The position numbers and the translations under genes are program-made. The notes beneath the pieces were generated by a model. The model was not told the DNA's origin. It made no database searches and saw only the letters and a program-made list of their open reading frames with translations. From assembly GCA_040954595.2 (NCBI GenBank), contig CM082589.2:10490894-10554893 (forward strand): 64,000 nucleotides of DNA, given 5' to 3'. Every line of letters begins with the position of its first letter. Position 1 is the first letter of the stretch. This DNA comes from Balanoglossus misakiensis. Lineage: Eukaryota; Animalia; Hemichordata. Of the stretch, positions 45,161-55,648 are shown one piece after another.

Positions 45161-48100
45161 ATGGAAATTTTACAGCTATCCGTCGATCTACAGAGTCTAG
45201 TGGAAAACGTTCTTTTGCGCATAGGCCTATATATGTGTTATGCGCATCACAACAGAAATCGGTAAATAAACGAGGCTGTATTTGGAAGCAACCGTGGACA
45301 TTTTACATCTATCCGTCGATCTACAGAGTCTTGTGGAAAACTTTCTAATGCGCATAGGTCTATTACGTGTTCTGCGCCTCACAACAGAATTCGGTAAATA
45401 AACGAGGCTGTTTGGAAGCAACCATGGAAATTTTAGAACTATCCGTCGATCTACAGAGTCTAGTGGAAAAATGTCTTATGCGCATAGGCCTATCATGTGT
45501 TCTGCGCCTCACAACAGAAATCGGTAAATAAACGAGGCAGTTTGGAAGCAACCATGGAAATTTTACAGCTATCCGTCGATCTACAGAGTCTAGTGGAAAA
45601 CGTTCTTATGCGCATAGGCCTATATATGTGTTCTGCGCATCACAACAGAATTTTGTAAACAAACGAGGCTGTGTTTGGAAGCAACCATGGAAATTTTAGA
45701 ACTATCTCTCGATCTACAGAGTCTATAGTGGAAAACTTTCTTATGCACATATGCCTATCTATGTGTTCTGCGCCTCAAAACAGAATTCCGTAAATAAACG
45801 AGGCTGTTTGGAAGCAAACATGGAAATTTTAGAACTATCTCTCGATCTACAGAGTATAGTGGGAAACGTTCATATGCGCATAGGCCTATATATGTGTTCT
45901 GCGCATCACAACAGAATTTTGTAAACAAACGAGGCTTTGTTTGGAAGCAACCATGGACATTTTAGAACTATCCGTCGATCTACAGAGTCTAGTGGAAAAA
46001 TTTCTTATGCGCATGGGCCTATCATGTGTTCTGCGCCTCACAACAGAAATCGGTAAATAAACGAGGCTGTTTGGAAGCAACCATGGAAATTTTAGAACTA
46101 TCCGTCGACCTTCAGCGTCTAGTGGAAAACTTTTTTATGCGCATAGGCCTATCTATGTGTTCAGAGCCTCACAACAGAAATCGGTAAATAAACGAGGCTG
46201 TTTGGAAACAACCATGGAAATTTTAGAACTATCCGTCGATCTAAAAGGTCTAGTGGAAAACGTTCTTATGCGCATAGGCCTATCTATGTGTTCTGCGCAT
46301 CACAACAGAATTTTGTAAACAAACGAGGCTGTGTTTTGAGGCAACCATGTATATTTTAGAACTATCTCTCGATCTACAGAGTCTAGTGGAAAACTTTCTT
46401 ATGCGCATAGGCCTAGCTATGTGTTCTGCGCATTACAACAGAATTTTGTAAACAAACGAGGTTGTGTTTGGAATCAACCATGGAAATTTTAGAACTATCC
46501 GTCGATCTACAGTGAAAAAGTTTCTTATGCGCATAGGCCTATCATGTGTTCTGCGCATCACTGCAGAATTTTGTAAACAAACGAGGCTGTGTTTGGAAGC
46601 AACCATGGAAATTTTAGAACTATCCGTCGATCTATAGAGTCTAGTGGAAAACGTTCTTATGCGCATAGGCCTATCTATGTGTTCTGCGCATTACAACAGA
46701 ATTTGGAAATAAACGAGGCTGTGTTTGGAAGCAACCATGGAAATTTTAGAACTATCCGTCGATCTGCAGAGTCTAGTAAAAAACTTTCTTATGCGCATAG
46801 GCCTATCACGTGTTCTGCGCCTCACAACAGAAATCGGTAAATAAACGAGGCTGTTTGGATGCAACCATGGAAATTTTAGAACTATCCGTCGATCTACAGA
46901 GTCTAGTGGAAAAGTTTCTTATGCACATAGGCCTATCTATGTGATCTGCGCATCACAGCAGAATTCGGTAAATAAACAAGGCTGTTTGAAATCAACCATG
47001 GACATTTTAGAACTATCCGTCGATCTACAGAGTCTAGTGGAAAACTTTCTTATGCGCATAGGCCTAGCTATGTGTTCTGCGCATCACAAAAGAATTTTGT
47101 AAACAAACGAGGCTGTGTTTGGAAGCAACCATGGAAATTTTAGAACTATCTCTCGATCTACAGAGTCTATGGAAATTTTAGAACTATCCGTCGATCTACA
47201 GTGAAAAAGTTTCTTATGCGCATAGGCCTATCATGTGTTCTGCGCATCACTGCAGACTTTTGTAAACAAACGAGACTGTGTTTGGAAGCAACCTTGGAAA
47301 TTTTAGAACTATCTCTCGATCTACAGAGTCTAGTGGAAAACTTTCTAATGCGCATAGGCCTATCACGTGTTCTGCGCCTCACAACATAATTCGGTAAATA
47401 AACGAGGCTGTTTGGAAGCAAGTATGGATATTTTAGAACTATCCGTCGATCTACAGAGTCTAGTGGAAAAATTCTTATGCGCATAGGCCTATCATGTGTT
47501 CTGCGCATCACAACAGAATTCATTAAATAAACGAGGCTGTTTGGAAGCAACCATGGACATTTTAGAACTATCCGTCGATCTACAGAGTCTAGTGGAAAAA
47601 TTTCTTATGCGCATAGGCCTATCATGTGTTCTGCGCCTCACAACAGAAATCGGTAAATTAACGAGGCTGTTTGGAAGCAACCATGGCAATTTTAGAACTA
47701 TCCGTCGATCTACAGAGTCTAGTGGAAAACTTTCTTATGCGCATAGGCCTATCACGTGTTCTGCGCCTAACAACAGAATTCGGTAAATAAACGAGGCTGT
47801 TTGGAAGCAACTATGGAAATTTTAGAACTACCCGTCGATCTACAGAGTCTAGTGGAAAAATTTCTTATGCGCATAGTCCTATCATGTGTTCTGCGCATCA
47901 CAACAGAATTCGGTAAATAAACGAGGCTGTTTGGAAGCAACCATTGAAATTTTACAACTATCCGTCGATCTACAGAGTATAGTGGAAAACTTTCTTATGC
48001 GTATAGGCCTATCATGTGTTCAGCGCCTCACAACAGAAATCGGTAAATAAACGAGGCTGTTTAGAAGCACCCATGTAAATTTTAGAACTATCCATCGATC

Positions 48101-48815
48101 TACAGAGTCTAGTGGAAAACGTTCTTTTGCGCATAGGCCTATCTATGTGTTCTGCGCATCACAAAATAATTTTGTAAACAAACGAGGCTGTTTGGAAGCA
48201 ACCACGGAAATTTTTGAACTATCTCTCGATCTACACAGTCTAGTGGAAAAATTTCTTATGAGCATGGGCCTATCATGTGTTCTGCGCCTCACAACAGAAA
48301 TCGGTAAATAAACGAGGCTGTTTGGAAGCAACCATGGAAATTTTAGAACTATCCGTCGATCTTCAGCGTCTAGTGGAAAACTTTCTTATGCGCATAGGCC
48401 TATCTATGTGTTCAGCGCCTCACAACAGAAATCGGTAAATAAACGAGGCTGTTTGGAAACAACCATGGAAATTTTAGAACTATCCGTCGATCTAAAAGGT
48501 CTAGTGGAAAACGTTCTTATGCGCATAGGCCTATCTATGTGTTCTGCGCATCACAACAGATTTTTGTAAACAAACGAGGCTGTGTTTTGAGGCAACCATG
48601 GATATTTTAGAACTATCTCTCGATCTACAGAGTCTAGTGGAAAACTTTCTTATGCACATAGGCCTATCTATGTGTTATGTGCCTCACAACAGAATTCGGT
48701 AAACAAACGAGGTTGTTTGGAAGCAACCATGGGCATTTTGGAACTATCCGTCGATCCACAGAGTCTAGTGGAAAACGTTCTTATGCGCATAGGCCTATCT
48801 ATGTGTTCTGCGCAT
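45160..48815 (+). repeat. Diverged, largely monomeric rim of the satellite
   Basis: Many private substitutions per monomer (e.g. CTTCAGCGTCT, CTAAAAGGTCT, CACTGCAGA, GCAAGTATGG, GAAGCACCCATGT); no near-identical kilobase duplicates. Confidence 0.85.
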
Positions 48816-48924
48816 TTTACTTTTGCCACTCCACTCAAAGTAAGCATCGGTGTGGTGGTGTGGCAAGTAGTCTGCCCTTGTACACTAGACAAACCAGGCA
48901 ATAAATGAAATGTAGCGAAGAATG

Positions 48925-49160
48925 GAGGGGTGGGTGTGGGATGGGGTGTCCCCCTCCCATATTAGAAAATCTTGTAAAATTAAGGGCGCGAAACTGCAAT
49001 TTTGTGGACTCAAAGCAAAAGTTTTGCGGCAAAAGTATGTGACCCCCTAAACGTTTAAAAAAAAAAGATTACCCCCACTTTCGGACTTCAAAATTTAAGT
49101 GACCCCCCCCCCCTTGGATTTTGCCGCCCCACCCGGCCGTAAAAACTGAATGGTCCCTTA
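48925..49160. mobile_element. Fragment(s) of G/C-tract non-autonomous DNA transposon; one terminus ...TGAATGGTCCCTTA
   Basis: GGGATGGGGTGTCCCCCTCCC hairpin and repeated GTGACCCCC / TTACCCCC motifs leading to a MITE-like end. Partner terminus not seen. Confidence 0.45.
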
Positions 49161-50437
49161 CCCATATACGCGACTTCCATTAATAAATTTGAAGAATAAG
49201 AGATCCTCTCCGTAAATAGGCCTTATTGGGGGTCAAAACTACCGAAAGAAGACCCTGCCCCAACTCCCCTTTAAACCAACTAATTCACACCGGGTTAGTT
49301 TTGTTTCTTTCATATTTGAATGAGAATTAAAATGCCGCAGGAAATTCTGCTGGCGTCCTTAGGATACGAGATCGGGAACTTTCAAAAGTTCCGCAGAATA
49401 TACCCCAAGAGGGCGCTGTTGCTGACCTTCGACCCGTTTCCTTTGACCAGTTCTGTGTCTTCGTTGTAAACACATGTGTGACACGCAGGCTAGAGAATCT
49501 GCCAGTTTTTTCTGTCGTCAACTCCAATGTCGCCTTTTCTATGGACGTTAGTTGGCCAGTGTTTGTTACACATCCAGGACGGTGTCATATTTCTCTGAAA
49601 GAATAGCGGAAAACATGCAAAGCCAAGGAGCGAGCAAGTACCAGCTGTTTTCTGCAAGTCATGGGTTCAGGCCCCCCACACTGTCCACCATCATTATTCC
49701 TATATACAGATTTGGCGGAGTGAGTATTGAAACATTACAGTATTTAGTGTGTTTTAAGATATCACTGATAGTTTTCACGACTTAATGTGTGGGTAGAATC
49801 ACATTCATCGCGATAACGTTACTGTAGTCCCCTGATTCAGTCCGTAAACAAGGTAAGCTTGAGACATGGACGATCGACAATCAGTTTCCGCTGTTGATTT
49901 CGCCCTATCGCAACTTAGTAACTGGGGCCGAGTGATGCTCCATTATTTAAAGTTCATGACTATTGACACCAATTGCAAAATATCAATGTTAAGGCGTGCT
50001 TTCAGAGAATATTCAACCAGAAAACCGACAACAATTGATGACCTCATGTGACCTTTACTGGTTGAATCAGGCGACCACTGCAGTGTGATTCCAACGTTTG
50101 TGGGAAGACCACAGGGAGCTCTTCCTCCTGCTTTGCAGTGTGTGTGTGTGTTTGTTTAATATAAAAATGTGTGACAAAAATATGTATGTTTACAAATATT
50201 GTCAAGATTGTTTGTTTGTTGAGAGGTTAAGGGGAGTAACCCTTTCTGTTCAATATACCCACAAAGGTGAACAAATTTGTAAACAAACATATTTTTCACA
50301 GAGTAGTTTTATTATATCCGCATTGCATCCAGCATGATCGCAGAAAACATCACCAATAAACCAAAATTGGAGTTGATGGCTTGGCTTTATTTGGGACTAT
50401 CATTGTTTGGTTATAGTCCATGGGCCAGAGACCGACA

Positions 50438-50920
50438 TGTAGTCATGCAGAATTAATTTTATGTGTTCTAAATAATTATTTTAGCTTATCTTTGTTGGAA
50501 ATAATTTTGCCAACATCTCGAATTATTTTTACGTGTAGACTCGAATTAATTTCAGGTGTAGTGTCGAATTAATATCACGTGTTTTGTCGAATTAATTTCA
50601 CGTGTTGTGTCGAATTAATTTTACATTGTGTCAAATTAATATTGCCCCCACAATCCTTTGCGCTTAAATCAAGATGGCGGCGGCTGAGCATGTCTTTCTC
50701 GCCGCATAAAGTTCGAAAAAGGGGCCGTTGTACAAGTTGTGAGACGTTTTGGGGGGAATTCAATGTTTTTAATTATTTTTTGTAGTCATGCAGAATTAAT
50801 TTTATGTGTTCTAAATAATTATTTTAGCTTATCTTTGTTAGAAATAATTTTGCCAACATATCGAATTCTTTTTACGTGTAGACTTGAATTAATTACAGGT
50901 GTAGTGTCGAATTAATATCA
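50438..50920 (+). mobile_element. Arm of a non-autonomous DNA transposon with 23 bp sub-terminal repeats, partially duplicated head-to-tail (offset 343 bp)
   Basis: 50438-50577 is repeated at 50781-50920. TCGAATTAAT...GTG 23-mers at 50541, 50564, 50587, 50610. An inverted copy lies at 51669-51955. Confidence 0.75.
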
Positions 50921-50949
50921 TCTTTTACAAGATAGATAGGTGATGTGTT

Positions 50950-51136
50950 TTGCTCTGTGAAAGAAAATGGAGGGGGAGGGTGTTTAAAATTTTGGCAGTT
51001 CGGAAGGGGGATTTGTAAATATTTCGGGTTGTGTCGGGGGGAGGGGGGGGGCATGTGAAAATTAGCGGTAAAATTTTTTAATTCTCTCGCCCACCCCCCC
51101 CCCCCACCCTCCAATGGTGTTTGTGAATGCAGCCTA
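50950..51136. mobile_element. G-tract/C-tract MITE fragment ending ...TTTGTGAATGCAGCCTA
   Basis: Repeated G-runs, then C-runs, then a MITE-like terminus. Same architecture as 48925-49160. Confidence 0.4.
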
Positions 51137-51668
51137 CAGAGGAGGTGGAGACTTCGGGGTCTGCCCCTTTACTATCTATGCCCCACACCCTATCTTATCA
51201 GTTGTAAATCTAGAATGCAAGCTATCATTAAATATGGTTATGTAGAGAGAGACTTTGTCTTTTTAATTTAAATTTATTTAAACAAAACTTGAGTTTACAA
51301 GGAAATTTTAAGGAATATTTTATTCGCCGTTTCCTGGGATCTGGGCCCTACAGCTATTTCTTAGTTCTGAAAATAACAAATTAACACAATTTTTGTATGT
51401 TCAGATGTCAAAATTTATTCAATCAAGGCGAATTGGCAACGCGGGGCAACAGCTTGCTCTGTGTACAGGTCTGTGTGTTCCCGCCATGACACGGCCTCCA
51501 CGCCAAGAACACTGTACGCAGAGCTGGGCTATACCATAGCAAGGCTGGCGATTACACCAACTGGTAGTGGTTTTGAGTGGTTTGACTAGAAAATTCTGTC
51601 TGTAGACCAAAACTCGTGGACCGATCGCCGTTTTCGAGCACACTGCATTTATATTGGACAGCAAATCG

Positions 51669-52039
51669 CCCCAAAACGTTTCACAACTTGTACAACGGCC
51701 CCTTTTTTAACTTTATGCGGCGAGAAAGACATGCTCAGCCGCCGCCATCTTGATTTACGCGCAAAGGATTGTAAGGGCAATATTATTTGACAACGTGAAA
51801 TTAATTCGACACAACACGTGAAATTAATTCGAGTCTACACATAAAAATAATTCGAGATGTTGGCAGAATTATTTCTAACAAAGATAAGCTAAAATAATTA
51901 TTTAGAACACATAAAATTAATTCTGCATGACTACAAAAAAATAATTAAAGCACATAAAAAATAATTCTATATACTGGTAAAATTAATTCTAACATGTTTT
52001 ATTAATAAACTACAATTTTGACCAGAACGGGCCCTCATA
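51669..52039 (-). mobile_element. Inverted arm of the same element as 50438-50920, with probable terminus ...ACCAGAACGGGCCCTCATA
   Basis: Reverse complement of 50438-50754 (CCCCAAAACG...CTGCATGACTACA), followed by decaying AATTAATTC repeats. Confidence 0.75.
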
Positions 52040-53150
52040 GATACCGGTAGTACATGTAACTTTGGGTGTTTTTCTCAATGTTTATAATGTGTTTTGATTG
52101 CCTGTTCTACTTGTTTCTGAACATAGTTAAAGCTTCATTAGCTGTAACTTTTCACTTTGTTTTCAGTATTTTTGTTTTAAGTATTTACTGCAGTGTCTTC
52201 TTCAGATCCCTGAATCATGATGAAATATAGGTGTGTCTGTTCAGTATTGTTATTGTGAATTTGAATTCAAGTCTGGACTAGAATTCATTTCAATAGCCGT
52301 TACACACATACAGGTTATGCTGACAAGTGGAGTTCTGTGTAGAGCATGTGTAACAGTTAATGTCCCTTTAAATATCACATACATACATCTGTCTAGTTTT
52401 GTACATGCAACTCACACGTATGTTATATTTATTGATTGACTGTCAAATATCATCCTGTTGTTTGATTAAATGTAAATGTTGTATGTTGTAGAATAGAAAG
52501 CACAATTCTTCTAGTTCCATAGATATCAGTGCTCATTTTAAAGCTGAAAGTGACATTTTCAACACTAAATGCAAGGAAATGTAACTAAATATTTTAATTT
52601 TGCAGTCAAAATGCAACACAGTCAGCTCCGAACTGCATTTAAAATCCAAACACATGGTGTTATATTCTTGGTAATAAGCAAAGATCTGTATCCTATCCAC
52701 AAAGTATATATCATACACACAGTATTATCTTAATAACTATAATACAGCTATGAAATTGCTAGAAACATTGTAATATTTGGATGAATTTAAAGAAAAATAA
52801 TTATATTTATATTAACAGTATGTAAAAGTTACGAAGATTTAGCGTTGAATGATGTTGTGATGTCTGTAAGAGCTGTTCCAATACAAGGTGAACGAATTTC
52901 AAAACCTTTTGTTCAATCAACCTTTCTACTGACCTGTGATTCCAAAAGTTATTGAAATATCATTACACATTTACCTGTATATAGTGCAGACTATAAATAG
53001 AGCACACTCTGGAAAGGAGTTATGTAATTAATATCTCTATCATGTGAGTGACATCATTTTAAGGGCCACTGACCACCCCACCTGTGACAATTTGCTAGGG
53101 GGTGCGAACATCTCAACAGGAGGTGAATCCCTCCATGCCATGTCTGGGTA

Positions 53151-53151
<1 letters not shown>

Positions 53152-53185
<34 letters not shown>

Positions 53186-53250
53186 CTTTCATTCATTCAT
53201 TCAGTGAGTCAGTCAGTTAGTCAGTCAGTCAGTCCGTCAGTCAGTCATAT
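53152..53250. repeat. Compound tetranucleotide microsatellite (GATT)n-(CATT)n-(CAGT)n
   Basis: Directly visible. Confidence 0.95.
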
Positions 53251-53569
53251 TAATTAATTCATTAAGGCATATAAACGATATAGCTAGCCTATTGTGATAG
53301 GAATGGGCTAACACCCTTGTCATATAAACTTTGGCGAAGCGATCCCAAGCTCAGCTAAGGTAGATGGGAGGGACCTGAATCACATGTGCCCATCATAATG
53401 AAAGCTGCCAACCCTCTTAGAATGATACTACGGCCTATACGTTGATCACCTGATCGCATCGCCCTGTCACACTTGGCTATGGGCTACTGTTCATGTATGA
53501 TAAAGGGGTTATTACACTAAGTTTGGTCGATAACGTGACGCATCCTCGTGATGTCCATAATATGGACAT

Positions 53570-53849
53570 CCCTTACGAAAAAAGGGCCTGCTGCAAACTC
53601 CTCCCGCAAATCTGCAGCAGGATTCTGCGAACTCACTGCAAACTGCTGCTGCAAAGTGGCAAACAGTCCTGATTTTACCATGCAAATTAGGGGACTTGCA
53701 AATTTGTTGCAAACTTCCAGCAACAAGATTTTGAATACTGCAGTGAGTTCACAGGAATTTGAATACTGCAGTGAGTTCACAGCAATCAAGATTGCCACCT
53801 TGAAAATTTGAACATTGCAGTGAGTTTGCAGCAAGACAATTAACTAGGG
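53570..53849. mobile_element. Nested CCCT...AGGG element with TGCAG/CTGCAAA sub-terminal repeats (EnSpm/CACTA-like MITE or terminus)
   Basis: Starts CCCTTACGAAAAAA and ends TTAACTAGGG. Left half has (C)TGCAAACTC/ACTGCA motifs, right half has the inverted TGCAGTGAGTT motif three times. Confidence 0.55.
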
Positions 53850-53979
53850 GTACCATTGAACCACCCACCCCCACCCCCCATAAAACCTCAGAGACAAGCA
53901 AACTATAATTAACAGTTTTTATTTAAAAAAAAATCTATTTTAATCACAGGGTTAAGAAATCTAAAAAATCAACATGGTA

Positions 53980-54213
53980 AAACTACACACTACAAAAATT
54001 GGTTTTCAAAAAATAAAAAAGCTACACTACAAATATAAACACCACAACTTGCTCCTCTGCAAAAAATGTTTTTCCAATATAAAAAACTACACTACAAACA
54101 ACTTGCTACTCTAATTTTTTTTCAATATAAAAAAAACTACACTACAAACTTGCTACTCTACAATTTTTTTCCAATATAAAAAACTACACTACAAACTTCC
54201 TACTCTACTACAC
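53980..54213. repeat. Degenerate minisatellite, 47-65 bp units
   Basis: CTACACTACAAA...ACTTGCTACTCTA...TTTCCAATATAAAA units; CTACACTAC at 54022, 54087, 54137, 54184. Confidence 0.8.
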
Positions 54214-54948
54214 TCTGTTTTTATTTAAGACAGCCCGTTTGCATGTGGCGCATTTCGCGTTGAATGCATGGATCAGCTCTTTTGTTGACATCTTCAGTTT
54301 GTTGACACCAAATACTGAAAAAGAGAAGAATAAACACATATCAGTTACACCATGCAGTAATAAGGAGAAGATTGCCAAGCATAATTGTTACATATGCAGT
54401 TGCCCAATACGAGTAATTTCCACCAACCGGAAGTCACACAATTCAACTAAAATTCAGGAAAAAAACTTAATATCATTCAGGTACAAAAACTGTTGACCTA
54501 ACTGATAAATTTCATCGAGTGTATTTGTAGTAGATGGTCAGAACAAATAAAATGAAATGTATAAGGATGAGATGCACCTTTATAATGATATTTATTTTGA
54601 ATCCAGTGAATATGGGATAGCCAATCAAAGAATTTCACTCCAGGGACATGCAAAAAATGTCATTATCATAGAATACAATCATTTCGACATTTTAAAGAAA
54701 CCTTTTACTTACAAGTCAGTGCCGTTACAACATGCTGGTAGGGTGTTCCAATAAATGCGCTGGTATTCTTCCCGCTCAGTTGTTCGGGTTTTAAACAACC
54801 CATCCATCAGCTTTTTTATGACGTAAGATGGCGGCTTGTTCTTGCATCTACCTAAAGTTATGCTCAACCAGGCAGATGGAATCGCTACGTTGGAGTTGGA
54901 AAGCCGTTCATATTGCAGTGGCAGAGGCTCGCCCTCGTCTAGAATCAC
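54208..54948 (-). pseudogene. Two spliced exons (54948-54713 and 54314-54208) encoding a BEN-domain-like C-terminus; one +1 frameshift near 54790
   Basis: Canonical cag|...|gtaagt and ttttcag| sites. Removing one A gives ...SNVAIPSAWLSITLGRCKNKPPSYVIKKLMDGLFKPEQLSGKN...HVVTALT-L-FGVNKLKMSTKELIHAFNAKCATCKR...*, which matches the BEN pattern (L-x-x-L-F-x-x-E-x-L ... N-x-K-C). Intron phases 1/1 agree. Minus-strand AATAAA at 53918-53923. Confidence 0.6.
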
Positions 54949-55283
54949 CTGATTGAAATTAAAAAGAGTACCAATAATTATTACATTGGTGTGAAAGTCA
55001 TTTAGTACTCACAAAATTCAATCCCCACTTACTTACAAAGAGAAGGCTAAATGATTGCATTCAGAATAAACATGACCTATGTCAACAAATTCATTGAGAA
55101 AAAAAAATGTTTCCCTGTTAAAAGCAACAAATTTACATAATTAAACTGTGTATTAAAATGCAAGCATGGGATAACATGAGGTACTAAAGAGAAGGGGTGT
55201 ATTATGCATGTATATACTGACGTGGACTGGGGGGATGCAGAAGTGTGAGCGATGGCGTGCTTACATGAAGAACTGACACTTAC

Positions 55284-55648
55284 ATAGTTTGCCCTGGGAA
55301 TGATTTACCCTCGTTTGGGCGTGTAATGACTATCCTCAGAGAAGCCTTTTGATGCACAGGTGTGTACACAGCACTGGCGTGTTTTCTCAGCTTCTGCAAA
55401 ATAATAGTAACAAATTGAGTCGCACAAATGCACCCACTATTTCTTGCTATTTCATATTTCATTCAAATGTCTGCAACAACATATACTGTGCACATAACAG
55501 CCCCCCCCCCATGCACTGTTCCAATTACAAGACCTACCCCAATTCTTACTGGCACCATGGACTTATACCACTTATACAATGATGCAACAGGCTTATCTTT
55601 TTATAGACACCTGACATTAGAAAGACCTTGTATGTATACCACTCTATT
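55284..55648 (-). pseudogene. Candidate upstream exons of the BEN-like gene (55648-55538 and 55393-55284)
   Basis: Both have polypyrimidine-cag acceptors and gtaggt/gtaagt donors. The first reads NRVVYIQGLSNVRCL*KDKPVASLYKWYKSMVPVRIG with one stop. Phases do not join cleanly to the next exon. Confidence 0.3.

Larger units (their letters stand above)
1..48815 (+). repeat. Tandem satellite DNA array, monomer ~124-135 bp (mostly 130/131/135), about 370 copies, single orientation, open at the left window edge
   Basis: Consensus-like unit TAAACGAGGCTGTTTGGAAGCAACCATGGAAATTTTASAACTATCCGTCGATCTACAGAGTCTAGTGGAAAAC(G/T)TTCTTATGCGCATAGGCCTAT(C/A)TATGTGTTCTGCGC(A/C)TCACAACAGAA(A/T)TCGGTAAA starts at 1, 132, 262, 397, 528 and so on. 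It ends abruptly at ...GTTCTGCGCAT (48815). Confidence 0.99.

Noticed and set aside
1-48815. CRISPR-like repeat-spacer array or diversity cassette system
   Set aside because: There are no unique spacers: the whole unit is repeated with only point variants. No cas, RT or recombinase genes are present, and the flank has spliceosomal introns.
1378-48908. Dozens of 60-127 aa ORFs on both strands (MLPNSLVYLP..., MFGSNHG..., MRIRTFPLD...)
   Set aside because: They are translations of the satellite monomer. Monomer lengths are mostly not multiples of three, frames break every 1-3 units, and no domain is recognisable.
52819-52865. Possible 47 nt exon (ttaacag|...|gtaaga, CKSYEDLALNDVVMS)
   Set aside because: Splice-like ends, but no similarity I can recognise to MED25 or other proteins; could be chance.
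48835-53834. Short ORFs of 60-105 aa in the flank (e.g. 50579, 50893, 51419, 53517, 53548)
   Set aside because: They overlap MITE or low-complexity sequence, mostly use non-ATG starts, and show no domain signal.
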